From Felis catus (taxonomy: Eukaryota), in contig NC_058371.1 of assembly GCF_018350175.1 (NCBI RefSeq), forward strand, positions 190,588,001 to 190,652,000: a stretch of DNA of 64,000 nt, written 5' to 3'. The notes beneath the pieces were generated by a model. The model saw only the letters and a list, made by a program, of their open reading frames with translations, made no database searches and had not been told where the DNA came from. The stretch's first letter is position 1. Every line of letters starts with the position of its first letter. This document shows, one piece after another, positions 62,770-64,000 of the stretch. The position numbers were made by a program, and so were the translations under genes.

Positions 62770-63042
62770 ATATGGAATGTGTTGTTCCGTATCTTTGTCT
62801 GATAGGCTTGTAAGGAAAGATAAGTGCTCATGTGAGCACACAGCGAGCTAGCAGCACCTGCCAGCCAAGAGAAGCAGCTTTGGAATGAAATCCACCTTGC
62901 CAGCACCTTGATCTTAGACATCCAGCCTCCAGAACTGTTGAGAGAGAAATTTCTATTGTTTGAACCACCCAGTCTGCGGTATTTTTGTTTGTTTGTTTGC
63001 TTGTTTGTTTGTTTTTTATGGCAGTTCAAGCTGACTAATATC
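62770..63042 (+). mobile_element. MaLR LTR (MLT1A/MST-like), internally deleted
   Basis: 'gccagcaccttgatcttagacatccagcctccagaactg' ... 'agctgactaata'. Confidence 0.8.
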
Positions 63043-63092
63043 TAAAGAGGCATACTAGATGCTACTTTTCCTTAGTTTTTGGAGAGGGATGC

Positions 63093-63420
63093 TGCCTTAC
63101 TTTCCGAGGGTAGCCATAACACGGTATTAAAAACTGAGAGGCTTAAAGCAACAGAAATTTATTGTCTCACAGTTCTGAAGGCTGGAAGTCTCATATCAGA
63201 ATGCCTGCGTTGGTTGTGTTCTGGTGAGAGCTCTCTTCCATCTTGAAGCAGTCACCTACTGACTGTGTGCTTCCATGGCAGAGAGAGAGAGGGAGAGCAA
63301 GCCCTCTGATGTCTCTTCTTTTAAGGACACTAATCCCATCATTAGGACCCCATCCTCATAACCTCCTCTAATCCTAATTCTCTCCCAAAGACCCCATCTC
63401 CAAACACCATCATGTTGGCA
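63093..63420 (-). mobile_element. MaLR LTR (MLT1A-like)
   Basis: 'caacagaaatttattgtctcacagttctgaaggctggaagtc' ... 'taaggacactaatcccatcat'. Confidence 0.85.
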
Positions 63421-63544
63421 TTGACACATTTTAGAATCCTAACATATCCCTAATAAGTTTTACAAAGATGGCACGAGGAATATTTACACACAGATTTTAC
63501 TTATGAATGCACGCATAAATATCCTCAATAAAATACTAGCCCAT

Positions 63545-63935
63545 TGGGTCAGACTTGCTACTGCTCACCAGTATTCATTTTCCCATCTTTCTTGGCAAAT
63601 GGAAGGATTTTACTTCTAGGTCTTCTTGAATTTAGCCAAGGCCATGTGAGTTTCTATAGCCAGTGAAATGTGCAGAAATTAATGATTTTGGGTTGCTATC
63701 AGTGTATTACTAGTGCCCAATTCTTCACCTCTATCTTCCCCTGCTCCAGAGACTGAGGCAGTTGTGTTCAGACACAGAGAAAGTACCAATTTAACACCTG
63801 CCAACAGTTGCCCCAGAGATTCACCCACACCCAAGTAGGATTTGTGAGGCTAAAAACTAGTCTTTGTTGTTTTAAGTCACTGATGTTTGAGATTATTTCT
63901 AACCACGAAATAATCTAGTTTATATGACAGATATG
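63545..63935 (+). mobile_element. Old MaLR LTR (MLT1I/J-like)
   Basis: 'ggccatgtgagtttctatagccagtgaaatgtg' ... 'gttttaagtcactgatgtttgag'. Confidence 0.6.
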
Positions 63936-64000
63936 CCAATCAATTTCAGTGGAATAAATATGTAAAATCCAATTATCCAAGGAAAGAAAGGGGGAATCAG

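Noticed and set aside
1-64000. A novel multi-gene or defence-type system; host protein-coding genes among the listed ORFs
   Set aside because: ORFs are short, mostly within repeats, microsatellites or N-runs, and show no recognisable domain apart from L1 ORF2 remnants. No multi-exon structure is supportable.

Overview
Non-coding mammalian genomic DNA, almost certainly from a felid. It carries 18 tRNA-derived Can-SINEs, including young cat-type SINEC_Fc-like copies, and carnivore/felid L1 3' ends. It is AT-rich, CpG-depleted and densely patched with older eutherian repeats (MIR, L2, L3/CR1, L1M, MaLR MLT1 and other LTRs, a MER31-like LTR, hAT MER5/MER20/MER58). I find no credible host protein-coding exon, RNA gene, CRISPR array or novel multi-gene system; the only protein-like ORFs are dead L1 ORF2 C-terminal fragments. 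The window is probably intergenic or a large intron. The best observations are mechanistic fossils and candidate cis-elements: a three-level MIR<L1<L1 nesting with TSDs, an L1 whose tail is (GAA)23, two cases of a SINE re-inserting into an earlier SINE's target site, a MIR-derived minisatellite, template-switch-like micro-rearrangements, a CRE+CCAAT cluster, an RFX-like motif pair, and a CpG-rich (CGCA)n tract. Repeat subfamily names and boundaries of old elements were assigned by eye and are approximate.
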